A DNA stretch of 32,000 nucleotides from Coprobacillaceae bacterium (GTDB lineage Bacteria > Bacillota_I > Bacilli_A > Erysipelotrichales > Coprobacillaceae), in the NCBI GenBank assembly GCA_963675515.1, contig OY776328.1:2280001-2312000 (forward strand), given 5' to 3'. The position numbers were made by a program, and so were the translations under genes. Each line of letters opens with the position of its first letter. Position 1 is the first letter of the stretch. Positions 8,022 to 15,849 of this stretch are shown here, one piece after another. The notes beneath the pieces are model-generated. The model had not been told where the DNA came from, made no database searches, and saw nothing but the letters and a program-made list of their open reading frames with translations.

Positions 8022-9056
8022 TTAATTGTCCCAATTTATCGAACCTTTCGTTGTTACGGTTTTATTACCTTTTATAATTGTACCAATTTCATAACACTTA
8101 ACACCTTTTTGAATACAGTGATCCATAATAACTTGCTTGTAGTCATTTTTAACAACCATAGCTATGCCGACACCTAAGTTAAAGGTTCTGATCATTTCGT
8201 CATTATCCACGTTACCAAACTGCTTGAGTTTTTTAAACAATTCACTAACTTGATAGTTATCTAAATTAATTTCAGCATCAAGATGATTTGGTAAGATCCT
8301 ATTTAGGTTCTCTTTTATTCCACCACCCGTTATATGTGCTAACCCTGTAATATTATTTGTTTCAAATAGATCTTTTAATACGCTATAATAGCATCTATGT
8401 GGTTCTAATATTGCGTCAATAAATGCTCTGCCGTCTACTTCTTCTTTGAGAATTTTCGGATACTTTTTCATAATGCTTCTTACAAGAGTGTACCCGTTAG
8501 TATGAACTCCACTCGACTCTAAAGATAACACGCAGTCGCCTTCAGAAATTTTAGAACCATCAATTATTTTTTTCTTATCTACAATGCCTACTATACTCGA
8601 AGTTAGTATGTATGTATCGTCGCCTAAAATACCAGGTTGTTCAGAAGTTTCTCCCCCTGTCAATACACAGCCTTCTTTTTTACAAGCATCGGCCATAGAT
8701 CTCACACATCTCTTGACTATGTCACTATTCATTTTACCACAAATGATTGCATCTTGAACTGTTAGAGGTTTTGAACCCATTACAATACAATCATTGATTA
8801 GATGATTAATCATATCGTAACAAACACCCTCGATACGGTCATATTCCATTGCTAACCCCTGTTTGGATCCCGGTTCCTCAGTTTTAAGTACAAGAACAGG
8901 ATTTTCGTATTCAGGGAATTTAATGTCATACAAAGATGAAAAAGCTCCCACTTTATTTAGAACTCTTTTTTCATCAGTTTCTAAATCTTTGGCCATCGCC
9001 TTTTTTGTTTGGTTGGCTAAATCAATATTAACATCATACTTCATTTTCTCACTCAT
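8022..9056 (-). CDS. PurM (AIR synthase) superfamily protein, divergent paralog
   Basis: It is collinear with PurM throughout (INDCIVMGSKPL, GGETSEQPG, SSGVHTNGYTLVR, HITGGGIKENLNR, MIRTFNLGVGIAMVV). The canonical GTDGVGTK and FLDY segments read KTEEPGSK and VQDA. The start is set at MSEKMKYD (ATG, complement of 9054-9056) with a GGAGGAT RBS. The 38 upstream codons in the track were rejected. Confidence 0.8.
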   Translation of the reverse strand: MSEKMKYDVNIDLANQTKKAMAKDLETDEKRVLNKVGAFSSLYDIKFPEYENPVLVLKTEEPGSKQGLAMEYDRIEGVCYDMINHLINDCIVMGSKPLTVQDAIICGKMNSDIVKRCVRSMADACKKEGCVLTGGETSEQPGILGDDTYILTSSIVGIVDKKKIIDGSKISEGDCVLSLESSGVHTNGYTLVRSIMKKYPKILKEEVDGRAFIDAILEPHRCYYSVLKDLFETNNITGLAHITGGGIKENLNRILPNHLDAEINLDNYQVSELFKKLKQFGNVDNDEMIRTFNLGVGIAMVVKNDYKQVIMDHCIQKGVKCYEIGTIIKGNKTVTTKGSINWDN

Positions 9057-9206
9057 AATAATCCTCCATTGATACCTATTATTATAACGCCAATAGTTAA
9101 CCGTTTCCATAATTATTTGAAAATCGATAATATTTGTTACCGTAAAAATGGGTGTTAAGCTGTATATCACAAAAAATCATATATTCTATCATGTATTCTT
9201 CGTCTT

Positions 9207-9485
9207 CTATTTCACGCAACTATAAGGCATTGTTGCTCTACGTAGGTAGTGAAAAACGCAATTCATCATACGACAATTGCGTTTATCCAGACTAAAAAAA
9301 AATATATCTTCAAATTTCTTATCAAGTGCCACATATAAAACTAGGGCAAGTTTTGAAATTGTATTGAACTGCCCAGTTCCAATTGAACTTATTGTATTTC
9401 TAGAAACGCCGACGATTTCAGCTAATTTTTGTTGTGCCATGTTTTTTTCTAATCTTACCGGTTTCAAATTGTTATGAATAGTCAA
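9207..9485 (-). CDS. XRE-family helix-turn-helix transcriptional regulator
   Basis: NNLKPVRLEKNMAQQKLAEIVGVSRNTISSIGTGQFNTISKLALVLYVALDKKFEDIF is the short Xre/Cro HTH pattern. The start codon is TTG with a weak AAGGA RBS. Confidence 0.75.
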   Translation of the reverse strand: MTIHNNLKPVRLEKNMAQQKLAEIVGVSRNTISSIGTGQFNTISKLALVLYVALDKKFEDIFFFSLDKRNCRMMNCVFHYLRRATMPYSCVK

Positions 9486-9544
9486 ATTATCCTTTTTAAT
9501 TTAATTACCTAGAAGAGAAGTTTAGACGCATAAGCAAATAAAAG

Positions 9545-9823
9545 TCAACAAGTAACTATCGAACAAAAAAATATATACATTGGTCTCTTTTTGTTAAATA
9601 TTCGGTATAAACCAAAAAAGTAACCAGTCAAATATCCCCAAGTAACCGTAAGAAGCAAATATAATTCAGTTACTCTCCACTTAATCAAAGCAATAGCAAT
9701 TAATACTAAAATAACAAACAAAAATATTACAGTCCCGAATATTTATGCTTGATTTAACATAAATATTGAACCCTCATCATTTCTATTTTCCAAACTGTAT
9801 TTCAAGATTTCTTTTTTTGTCAT
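9545..9823 (-). pseudogene. Small two-TM membrane protein interrupted by an in-frame TAA (or a 26-aa ORF plus untranslated remainder)
   Basis: AGAGGTG RBS plus ATG (complement of 9821-9823) gives MTKKEILKYSLENRNDEGSIFMLNQA, then TAA (9743-9745). The same frame continues IFGTVIFLFVILVLIAIALIKWRVTELYLLLTVTWGYLTGYFFGLYRIFNKK. The position upstream of an Xre gene resembles small membrane protein/Xre pairs. Confidence 0.35.
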
Positions 9824-9882
9824 ATTAACACCTCTTTCCATTGTACATTTTTGTGGTATTGAAAATGATTGATAATACTACC

Positions 9883-10230
9883 TGATATTACCATTGATAT
9901 ACTAAATCCGGTTATTGAAAGAGAGAAGCACTCCCCACTACCCCGTTACGGGCAATAGCATTTCCCAGCTTATATACTGACTTGCTTGAGTCTAGTCGCA
10001 GTATGTGTGTCTTGTGGAATCACGGCCTTACTATTTCACCAAGATAGTTTTAAATGTAGGTTTTATCGCCATCATTTCAATGTTGCGAACCCATTTGGCT
10101 ATTCCAACTATTAATCAATAACCTATTCTATTTCCAATGATCTAAACGCAAAAAGTGTTGATTTTAATAATCAACACATGATTAATTACGATTAGAAAAT
10201 TGAAAATAGTTCGCATACGATGAAGCACTT
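9883..10230. repeat. Conserved non-coding right module, copy 1 (end of cassette A)
   Basis: By eye it is near-identical to 18125-18432 (a handful of substitutions apart from the last 18 nt). It is clearly homologous to 12649-12999. There are stops in all six frames and no ORF of 60 aa or more. Confidence 0.9.
10149..10177 (-). terminator. Minus-strand intrinsic terminator inside right module copy 1
   Basis: 9-bp stem GTGTTGATT/AATCAACAC with a 5-nt loop. On the minus strand it is followed by TTTTT. It is identical in all three module copies. Confidence 0.55.
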
Positions 10231-10320
10231 CGCACCATACTAACAACAACGGCTATTTATGGCCGTTTTTTTATTTTAACTTATATACCCGATATCCAAA
10301 TTGTTCGAACTTTTCATAAA
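10231..10320. repeat. Junction 1 (attP-like): core copy 1 (10231-10272) plus short left arm of cassette B
   Basis: The sequence is cgcaccatactaacaacaacggctatttatggccgttttttt followed by attttaacttatatacccgatatccaaattgttcgaacttttcataaa. The terminator hairpin is retained. Confidence 0.85.
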
Positions 10321-10325
10321 TACAA

Positions 10326-10357
10326 CCTAATAAAGAGCAAGGTTGTCCTTTATTAGG
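10326..10357 (-). terminator. Hairpin at the left end of cassette B (probable terminator of its minus-strand genes)
   Basis: 10-bp stem CCTAATAAAG/CTTTATTAGG with a 12-nt loop. A U-rich tract follows on the minus strand. It occupies the position held by the GAAGGACACAATT hairpin in cassettes A and C. Confidence 0.45.
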
Positions 10358-10499
10358 AGCCAGTCAATGTGCACTTTCTAAGTATTGTTGTAATTAAAAA
10401 TATAAGGGTTATAATAATATTTGATGACACAAACTAATCAATAACCCGATATTTATTCACTTTATCATATGATTTGCCTGCACCACAAAAAGATTATAG

Positions 10500-10727
10500 T
10501 CATTTGACATTTGTCATATAACATGAAAATCCAATTGCAAAAAAAGGCATTTCCTTATGTAATAATTTCATAATTTGATCATCGGTTAATGATGCTAACC
10601 ATGCATCGATAATGCTAACAATATAATTATTCTTACGTAAGGTTTCTGCCAAATATCCCATTCCAATTTTTTCTTCCGCTGTACGCTGTGAAACAGGTGC
10701 AACAGTACATAAAACTATTTTCCTCAT
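10500..10727 (-). pseudogene. B12-binding-domain radical SAM protein, N-terminal 75-codon fragment
   Basis: GGAGG RBS plus MRKIVLCTVAPVSQRTAEEKIGMGYLAETLRKNNYIVSIIDAWLASLTDDQIMKLL is a typical B12-binding rSAM N-terminus. It stops after 75 codons, and no CxxxCxxC core follows. Confidence 0.6.
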
Positions 10728-10765
10728 TTTCATCCTCCTTCCTGAACTGTCAAAAAAATACATTA

Positions 10766-11202
10766 CTATTTGATTCTTCTTATCATGTCTTTCATCCATT
10801 CAGGATACAATGGCGACTGCAAAATCTCTTTGGTAGTTAACCAAAAACATTCAGTATGTTCTTCACTTAAGGTGCATTGCCCTTCTGAACAACAGCACAG
10901 ATAAGTTACAGATAAGTTATTATTATCAATTGCGTTTTATCTGGTCGAATCGCTGAGTCAGCATGCAATAACTGTATATTGGTTATTATTAAATTTGTTT
11001 CTTCTCTAACTTCTCGTTCTAATGCTTCTTCTAATTTTTCTCCATATTCAAGTCTTCCTCCTGGAATATCAAACAAGTTCTCACAAGCATCTTCAAGATT
11101 TTCTTCAACAGATTTTTTTATTATCAAAATCTGTCCGTTTAAATTTTGAATAATTGCTTTTGTTGCTATCTTAAAATTTTGATTTCTATTATTATATATC
11201 AT
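10766..11202 (-). pseudogene. Nudix hydrolase inactivated by an 11-bp tandem duplication
   Basis: The Nudix box GGRLEYGEKLEEALEREVREETNL is present. acagataagtt is directly repeated at 10897-10907 and 10908-10918. Removing one copy restores a continuous frame ...IIITYLCCCSEGQCTLSEEHTECFWLTTKEILQSPLYPEWMKDMIRRIK ending at 10766. Confidence 0.8.
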
Positions 11203-11207
11203 ATTTA

Positions 11208-11726
11208 TTACCTTTCGCCCTTATATGGTTTGCCTATCCATGTACAAAGATAGTCAATATGCACAAGCTGGCCATCACACACTAAAATTTTTGAATAATT
11301 CGACAAATCAATGTTGCTTTTTAGAAACTTCATACAGTCTTCTTCATGTGTCAACAATGATTTTTTCCCAATTTTCCAATAATTAGTGAGATATGCTTGT
11401 GCAGCACAGCCCCCACCGCATATATCACTATATTTACAATCACTGCAATCTGGTATATCTTTATGGTATTAATTCCTAAGCTGCATATTTTGAAAGGGTT
11501 CCGATGTAATAATGTCAATTATATCTCCCTTAAGTAAATCTCCAACCTTAAAATCATGTAAATATATGCATGGAGAAATGAAAACTTCTCCTTCTGGGCT
11601 TATGGAGTGAAAACGCATAGATGTGTTTCCGCATGCGTAGGAATAACGTTTCTCATGCCCGACAAGTGAAGAAAGACGCGGCTCGGTAATATCAATCGTT
11701 TCACATTTATTAAGTAAGTATTCATA
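11208..11726 (-). pseudogene. Radical SAM maturase, SPASM-domain C-terminal fragment with in-frame stop
   Basis: The minus frame reads ...YSYACGNTSMRFHSISPEGEVFISPCIYLHDFKVGDLLKG...RN*YHKDIPDCSDCKYSDICGGGCAAQAY, a SPASM Cys pattern. There is a TAA at 11469-11471. The radical SAM core is missing because the 5' side ends at the MITE-like repeat. Confidence 0.7.
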
Positions 11727-11754
11727 TTAGATACTCTATTATCAATAAATTTTT

Positions 11755-11904
11755 TTGAATGACCACATGGCTCAGGTTGAGAATTTTAGTAGTGAAATGT
11801 CGAAATTTGGACGCTTAATAATCCAACAAATTTCAGCATTTCAGAACAGTTATCGCATTTTCGCAAACCAATAGAATTGCTGCCTGTGTTTTATGGTCAT
11901 TCAA
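11755..11904 (-). repeat. MITE-like 150-bp element, copy 1
   Basis: Terminal inverted repeats TTGAATGACCA(C/T)A lie at both ends. The body aligns in inverse orientation with 16527-16675. The flanks ATAAATTTTT and ATAAAATTTTT resemble a target duplication. Confidence 0.6.
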
Positions 11905-12419
11905 ATAAAATTTTTCATCGAACTGTCAAAAGTTGTTCTTGGATTTTCCAAAGAATATTTCTTTGCCCATTTTTTATAATTTTTATTAACAATATCTTTA
12001 GCTTGTTTAAAGTTATTATCCTCAAAAATTCTAATTAATCCGATCTCATCTTCAATAAACACATCCGAATTTGCCAATTCCAATAAGAACTGTGATGCGA
12101 GTTGCAAATCATTGCTTTCATATAGCAATACATCTCCACCAACATAAATGTCAAAATCTATATAATAATTGAAATATACACTAGCAACGCCAGAATTTCT
12201 ATGCATCATAAATCCCTTTACACCATCTTTTAAGAAACCTACTGACGGATTATATATTCTATTGATGGGCTTTGCAATTATTCTTGTAATTTCTTCAAAA
12301 TGTATCTCTTTAATACTTTCTTTATTTATGCAGTAAATCAATCCACCAGCCTCTAAATGTAAACTTGGAAATGAATTAGATTTTTCAATGGAAATATAAA
12401 TTTTTTCTCTTTTAGTCAA
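11901..12419 (-). CDS. Hypothetical protein (172 aa)
   Basis: TTG start with an AGAGGTG RBS 7 nt upstream. I recognise no family. Its stop codon lies inside the MITE-like repeat. Confidence 0.5.
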   Translation of the reverse strand: MTKREKIYISIEKSNSFPSLHLEAGGLIYCINKESIKEIHFEEITRIIAKPINRIYNPSVGFLKDGVKGFMMHRNSGVASVYFNYYIDFDIYVGGDVLLYESNDLQLASQFLLELANSDVFIEDEIGLIRIFEDNNFKQAKDIVNKNYKKWAKKYSLENPRTTFDSSMKNFI

Positions 12420-12648
12420 AATAACACACCTCTTTCTATATATTTAATTGATTGTAATCTTTTCAATATTGTAACACCACAAGTATAATAACGCCACATT
12501 AATCATATCCATTTACAGTTATATTTGTTATTTTACAAATTTTTAATGATTGATTACTGTATATCTAAAACATTTTTGAAATATAATTTTGTTATCGATC
12601 TCCATAGATATTTTTTGCATTATTTTGCAAATTAATAATAACATTCAG

Positions 12649-12999
12649 TGATATTACCATTAATATAAAAAAACTGGTCATTGAACGAGAGAAGCACTCT
12701 CCACTACTTAATAAGCAATTGCATCTCAGCTAATACGTTGACTTGCCTGCGACAGTACGATCACTGCTCTGACTCAGTCGCAACGTGTGTATCTTAGAAG
12801 TTTCAGCCCTACTACCTTGCCACGATAGTTTTAAACGTAGGTTTTATCGCCATTTATTTTATGTTGCGAACCCATTTGGCTATTCCAACTGTTAATCAAT
12901 AACCTATTATATTTTCAATGATCTAAACGCAAAAAGTGTTGATTTTAATAATCAACACATCATCAATCACGATTAGAAAATTGAAAATAGTTCGACAAC
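12649..12999. repeat. Conserved non-coding right module, copy 2 (end of cassette B), split by an IS remnant; its last 12 nt, following the 6-bp target duplication (13578-13583), are at 13584-13595
   Basis: The right two-thirds (12826-12999) is nearly identical to copies 1 and 3. The left third is diverged, with substitutions and a roughly 21-nt insertion (gcgacagtacgatcactgctc) that can form its own small hairpin. Confidence 0.9.
12930..12958 (-). terminator. Minus-strand intrinsic terminator inside right module copy 2
   Basis: It has the same GTGTTGATT/AATCAACAC hairpin and T-run as copy 1. Confidence 0.55.
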
Positions 13000-13577
13000 T
13001 GAGTATTCCGGCAGTTCAGAGCCACCTTGTCCGGAGTTGAGAGCCACTATGTCCGCCCCCTTAGAGCCATAAGTATAATTTAATAATTGCCACTCACGGA
13101 ACCACCTCTTCAGTAGTAAAATTGAAGCGTAGCCATTGTTCTACCATGCAACTACTAAGTAGGTGGTTTTTATACGAGAAATCAAAAAAATTCTTTAGAC
13201 GCGTTTTAAAATTGAAAGTCATCGATCCATTGTTTCAGCGCTGCATGTATCAAGAATACTGTCAGATATCCTTGAAATAATGGAGTCTAGGTGTAATAGG
13301 TACTCAACTATACTGTGCAGTCAATGTTAACCAGAGGGTTGGTATCAACGCTTGGGTGAAGATCCCGTTGCAAATGCAATACTTGATAGGATTATTAACA
13401 GTTCATATAACATCTTGTTACAAGATTCATCTATGAGGTAAGAATACTCAAAAATCAAATGATTATCGGTGAACCAATCATTGCTGGCTCTCGTTAATGG
13501 ACACCCCGGCTCTATAAAGCGGACAAAGGTGGCTCTAAACGAATGGACAGGGTGGCTCCGCCACACCGGAATATTCA
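13000..13577 (+). mobile_element. IS21-family element, internally deleted remnant (578 bp)
   Basis: - The ends are TGAGTATTCCGG... and ...CCGGAATATTCA.
- Both ends carry doubled subterminal repeats GAGCCACCNTGTCC, the multi-repeat ends typical of IS21.
- A 6-bp target duplication GACAAC lies at 12994-12999 and 13578-13583. The uninterrupted module copy 3 has a single GACAAC.
- Internally, only a tail reading WYQRLGEDPVANAILDRIINSSYNILLQDSSMR survives (about 13342-13443). It resembles the C-terminus of IstB-type helper ATPases. Confidence 0.75.
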
Positions 13578-13595
13578 GACAACGAGTAACCATAT

Positions 13596-13786
13596 CGCAC
13601 CAAACTAAAATCAACGGCTATTTAAAGCCGTTTTTTGCTTTCAATTTATATACCCGATATCCAAATTTTTCGAACTTTTTATTAATATTAAGCCTGTCAT
13701 AACATTGTATATTGTTCAAGTTTGAAACAATATATAATTGGTTAAGGACACAATTTCAATTAGAATTGTGTCCTTCATACAAATAT
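13596..13786. repeat. Junction 2 (attP-like): core copy 2 (13596-13636) plus long left arm of cassette C
   Basis: The sequence is cgcaccaaactaaaatcaacggctatttaaagccgtttttt followed by gctttcaatttatatacccgatatccaaatttttcgaac... It ends in the AAGGACACAATT/AATTGTGTCCTT hairpin (13744-13775). The terminator stem keeps its pairing through a compensating change (ACGGCT/AGCCGT). Confidence 0.85.
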
Positions 13787-14071
13787 TTAATTTAGTTTTC
13801 TATCTCTCCAAAGCGTAATAGCATTCAAAGTCAAGAAAACGAGCATAGTTAACAAAAACACGAGATAATATGATCTATTTTCATTAGTGGATGTTATCAT
13901 ACTAGTATCAATGTTCATAATATCAACTATTAAATAAATCATTATTAGAAGAATTCCAGAGAAAACGACAATTCTAGCGTGCAATAATTTTGCTATCTTC
14001 CCGAAAATTCTAAAAAAATCAAAAATTATCACTAAAATCAAAATGCATTCAACAAGATAAAATAATTCCAT
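13787..14071 (-). CDS. Hypothetical small membrane protein (94 aa, about 3 TM)
   Basis: The sequence is strongly hydrophobic. The RBS is weak. It is followed by the left-arm hairpin. Confidence 0.45.
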   Translation of the reverse strand: MELFYLVECILILVIIFDFFRIFGKIAKLLHARIVVFSGILLIMIYLIVDIMNIDTSMITSTNENRSYYLVFLLTMLVFLTLNAITLWRDRKLN

Positions 14072-14514
14072 AGTTATTTACTCACGAAAGTGACCTTTCC
14101 ATTAAGAAATCTTTCAAGCAGACTTCATTTGCATTTTCCTCGATTTTCGCATCTACAATACTAGCAATAATTGTGCGAAAATCACCATCAATTCCTTCAG
14201 TCATATATCATATACCAGCATGAACCGTAATCAAGTACACAAAGCATCAATTATTTCAGGATATTTAATAACATATGATACGAAATAGAACTTGATGTTG
14301 GTCCAGGAAAAAATTTAATTATAACTCCACACAGCACATAAGAAACAATACTTTGTTTGATAAGCAAAATCTTAAGAACCGTTTAATAGCATGTCTTTTC
14401 TTATTTTTGGCATAATCCTTTTTATAATCATGTGCAGACCATTACGGTAGCAAAAAACACCAACTTTGAAATCCAAATTTCTGAAACTCTTATGAATTCA
14501 ATTCAAGTTTTGTT

Positions 14515-15114
14515 TTAAGAATATCTTACTATTGTATGAGTATAAGCTACACCAACCGGAATTAAAAAAGGTATTCCTTGAACATTAATTCTATCACTAT
14601 ATCCAACTGTAGGATACGCTGCTTCTCCATTTATTAGATTGGTATCCACATATGAATGAATCCCAATATTCGGAAAATCAAAAGTTAACCGATATTCGTA
14701 TCCTTTAATCAGTTTTTCTTGTGGTGAAATTATCTTTTCGATTTTATTTGATGAGATTAATAATATCCCGTCTACATTAAACAATTCAAGTCTCTCTTCA
14801 CTTTGATTATATGTGATTGCGTTATAAAATTCATCCAACAAAAATATTTTTTCCAATTGACCCTTCGCATTGATTATTCCTAAGTATGATACTTCTCCTG
14901 TGCCGGTGTAATTCATCGAATTAGAATCATGTAATAACACATATGAAGTTTCAAAATGAAAGTTTCCAGATGAAAATTCAGACAATTCATTTTGAGTAAG
15001 TTTTCGATTATTATCAACAATTTGGTATGTCTTATATTCTTTCACTGCGAAGTACAAACAAAACGCTAACATTATCGAACATACGACCACTAACGACGTT
15101 TTAATCACTTTCAT
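14515..15114 (-). CDS. Hypothetical protein with N-terminal membrane anchor/signal (199 aa)
   Basis: MKVIKTSLVVVCSIMLAFCLYFAV is a TM or signal segment. Its ATG overlaps the upstream stop (TAATG at 15114), indicating translational coupling. I recognise no family. Confidence 0.6.
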   Translation of the reverse strand: MKVIKTSLVVVCSIMLAFCLYFAVKEYKTYQIVDNNRKLTQNELSEFSSGNFHFETSYVLLHDSNSMNYTGTGEVSYLGIINAKGQLEKIFLLDEFYNAITYNQSEERLELFNVDGILLISSNKIEKIISPQEKLIKGYEYRLTFDFPNIGIHSYVDTNLINGEAAYPTVGYSDRINVQGIPFLIPVGVAYTHTIVRYS

Positions 15115-15683
15115 TATCGATATACCGGAACAAACCTTTCAGCCGTTATCTGTATGGTTGAGAAGTAATAGGTATATTGATACTCACCGGTATAGTTGTC
15201 ATACACATCTGCACGATAGTATTTCCAATTGAAATCAGTATACACCCTCACTTTAGAATCCCTATTTTGATCAACGGATATTGAATAACCAAAATTTGTA
15301 CTCGTGGTATTAGAGACAGCTAGTGTTCCAGATACAGTTCCATATGTAATAGTAAATGATACCCCCACATTCACAGTCGAAGAAGTATTGAAGTAATAAT
15401 GATCAACCCGTCTCCAGACAGACGTTGATGGATGATATCCATTGTCATACCAACTTTTATATCCACTTGACAATAGAGTTGTAATAGAATGATAACTTGA
15501 CATCTCACTATAATCTTCAGGCATACTCATTGAAACTAAGTCGCCTTCTTTGTCATACGTTATGAAATTGGATGTTGACAATTCATTTGATGTATTCTCA
15601 ACAGCGCTGACCGAATCACACTGGAGTAGACAAAAATTAAACACAAGCAAAAAAACCACTAATATCTTTGTAAGCTTATTCAT
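15114..15683 (-). CDS. Hypothetical secreted protein (189 aa), Tyr/Ser/Thr-rich beta-type C-terminal half
   Basis: The start is set at MNKLTKILVVFLLVFNFCLLQCDSVSA (signal peptide) with an AAAGGAGA RBS. I recognise no family. Confidence 0.6.
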   Translation of the reverse strand: MNKLTKILVVFLLVFNFCLLQCDSVSAVENTSNELSTSNFITYDKEGDLVSMSMPEDYSEMSSYHSITTLLSSGYKSWYDNGYHPSTSVWRRVDHYYFNTSSTVNVGVSFTITYGTVSGTLAVSNTTSTNFGYSISVDQNRDSKVRVYTDFNWKYYRADVYDNYTGEYQYTYYFSTIQITAERFVPVYR

Positions 15684-15849
15684 AATTATCTCCTTTAGTA
15701 CCAAGGTTCACTGTGCATTGAAAAATAAATTATTACACCTTGAAATACTAATATATCTAATCAAATTTTGTAATTACTCGTTCATTGATTATTAATTGTA
15801 AGTTTGTGAAGTTATCAAGAGAATGTATGAAGCGTGTTACAAACACACT

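Noticed and set aside
9057-9170. 38-codon N-terminal extension of the PurM-like ORF
   Set aside because: The extension has no homology to PurM. The internal ATG at 9056 has a strong GGAGGAT RBS and gives the family-typical N-terminus.
13345-13702. Track ORFs 13345-13614 (-) and 13469-13702 (+)
   Set aside because: They run across the IS21-like terminal repeats, the module tail and the core/terminator. They have no RBS and are explained by repeats.
14082-14204. 40-codon minus-strand ORF MTEGIDGDFRTIIASIVDAKIEENANEVCLKDFLMERSLS upstream of the 94-aa membrane protein
   Set aside because: It has no recognisable RBS, is short and matches no family. I kept it as a note only, because the 14072-14514 gap is otherwise unexplained.
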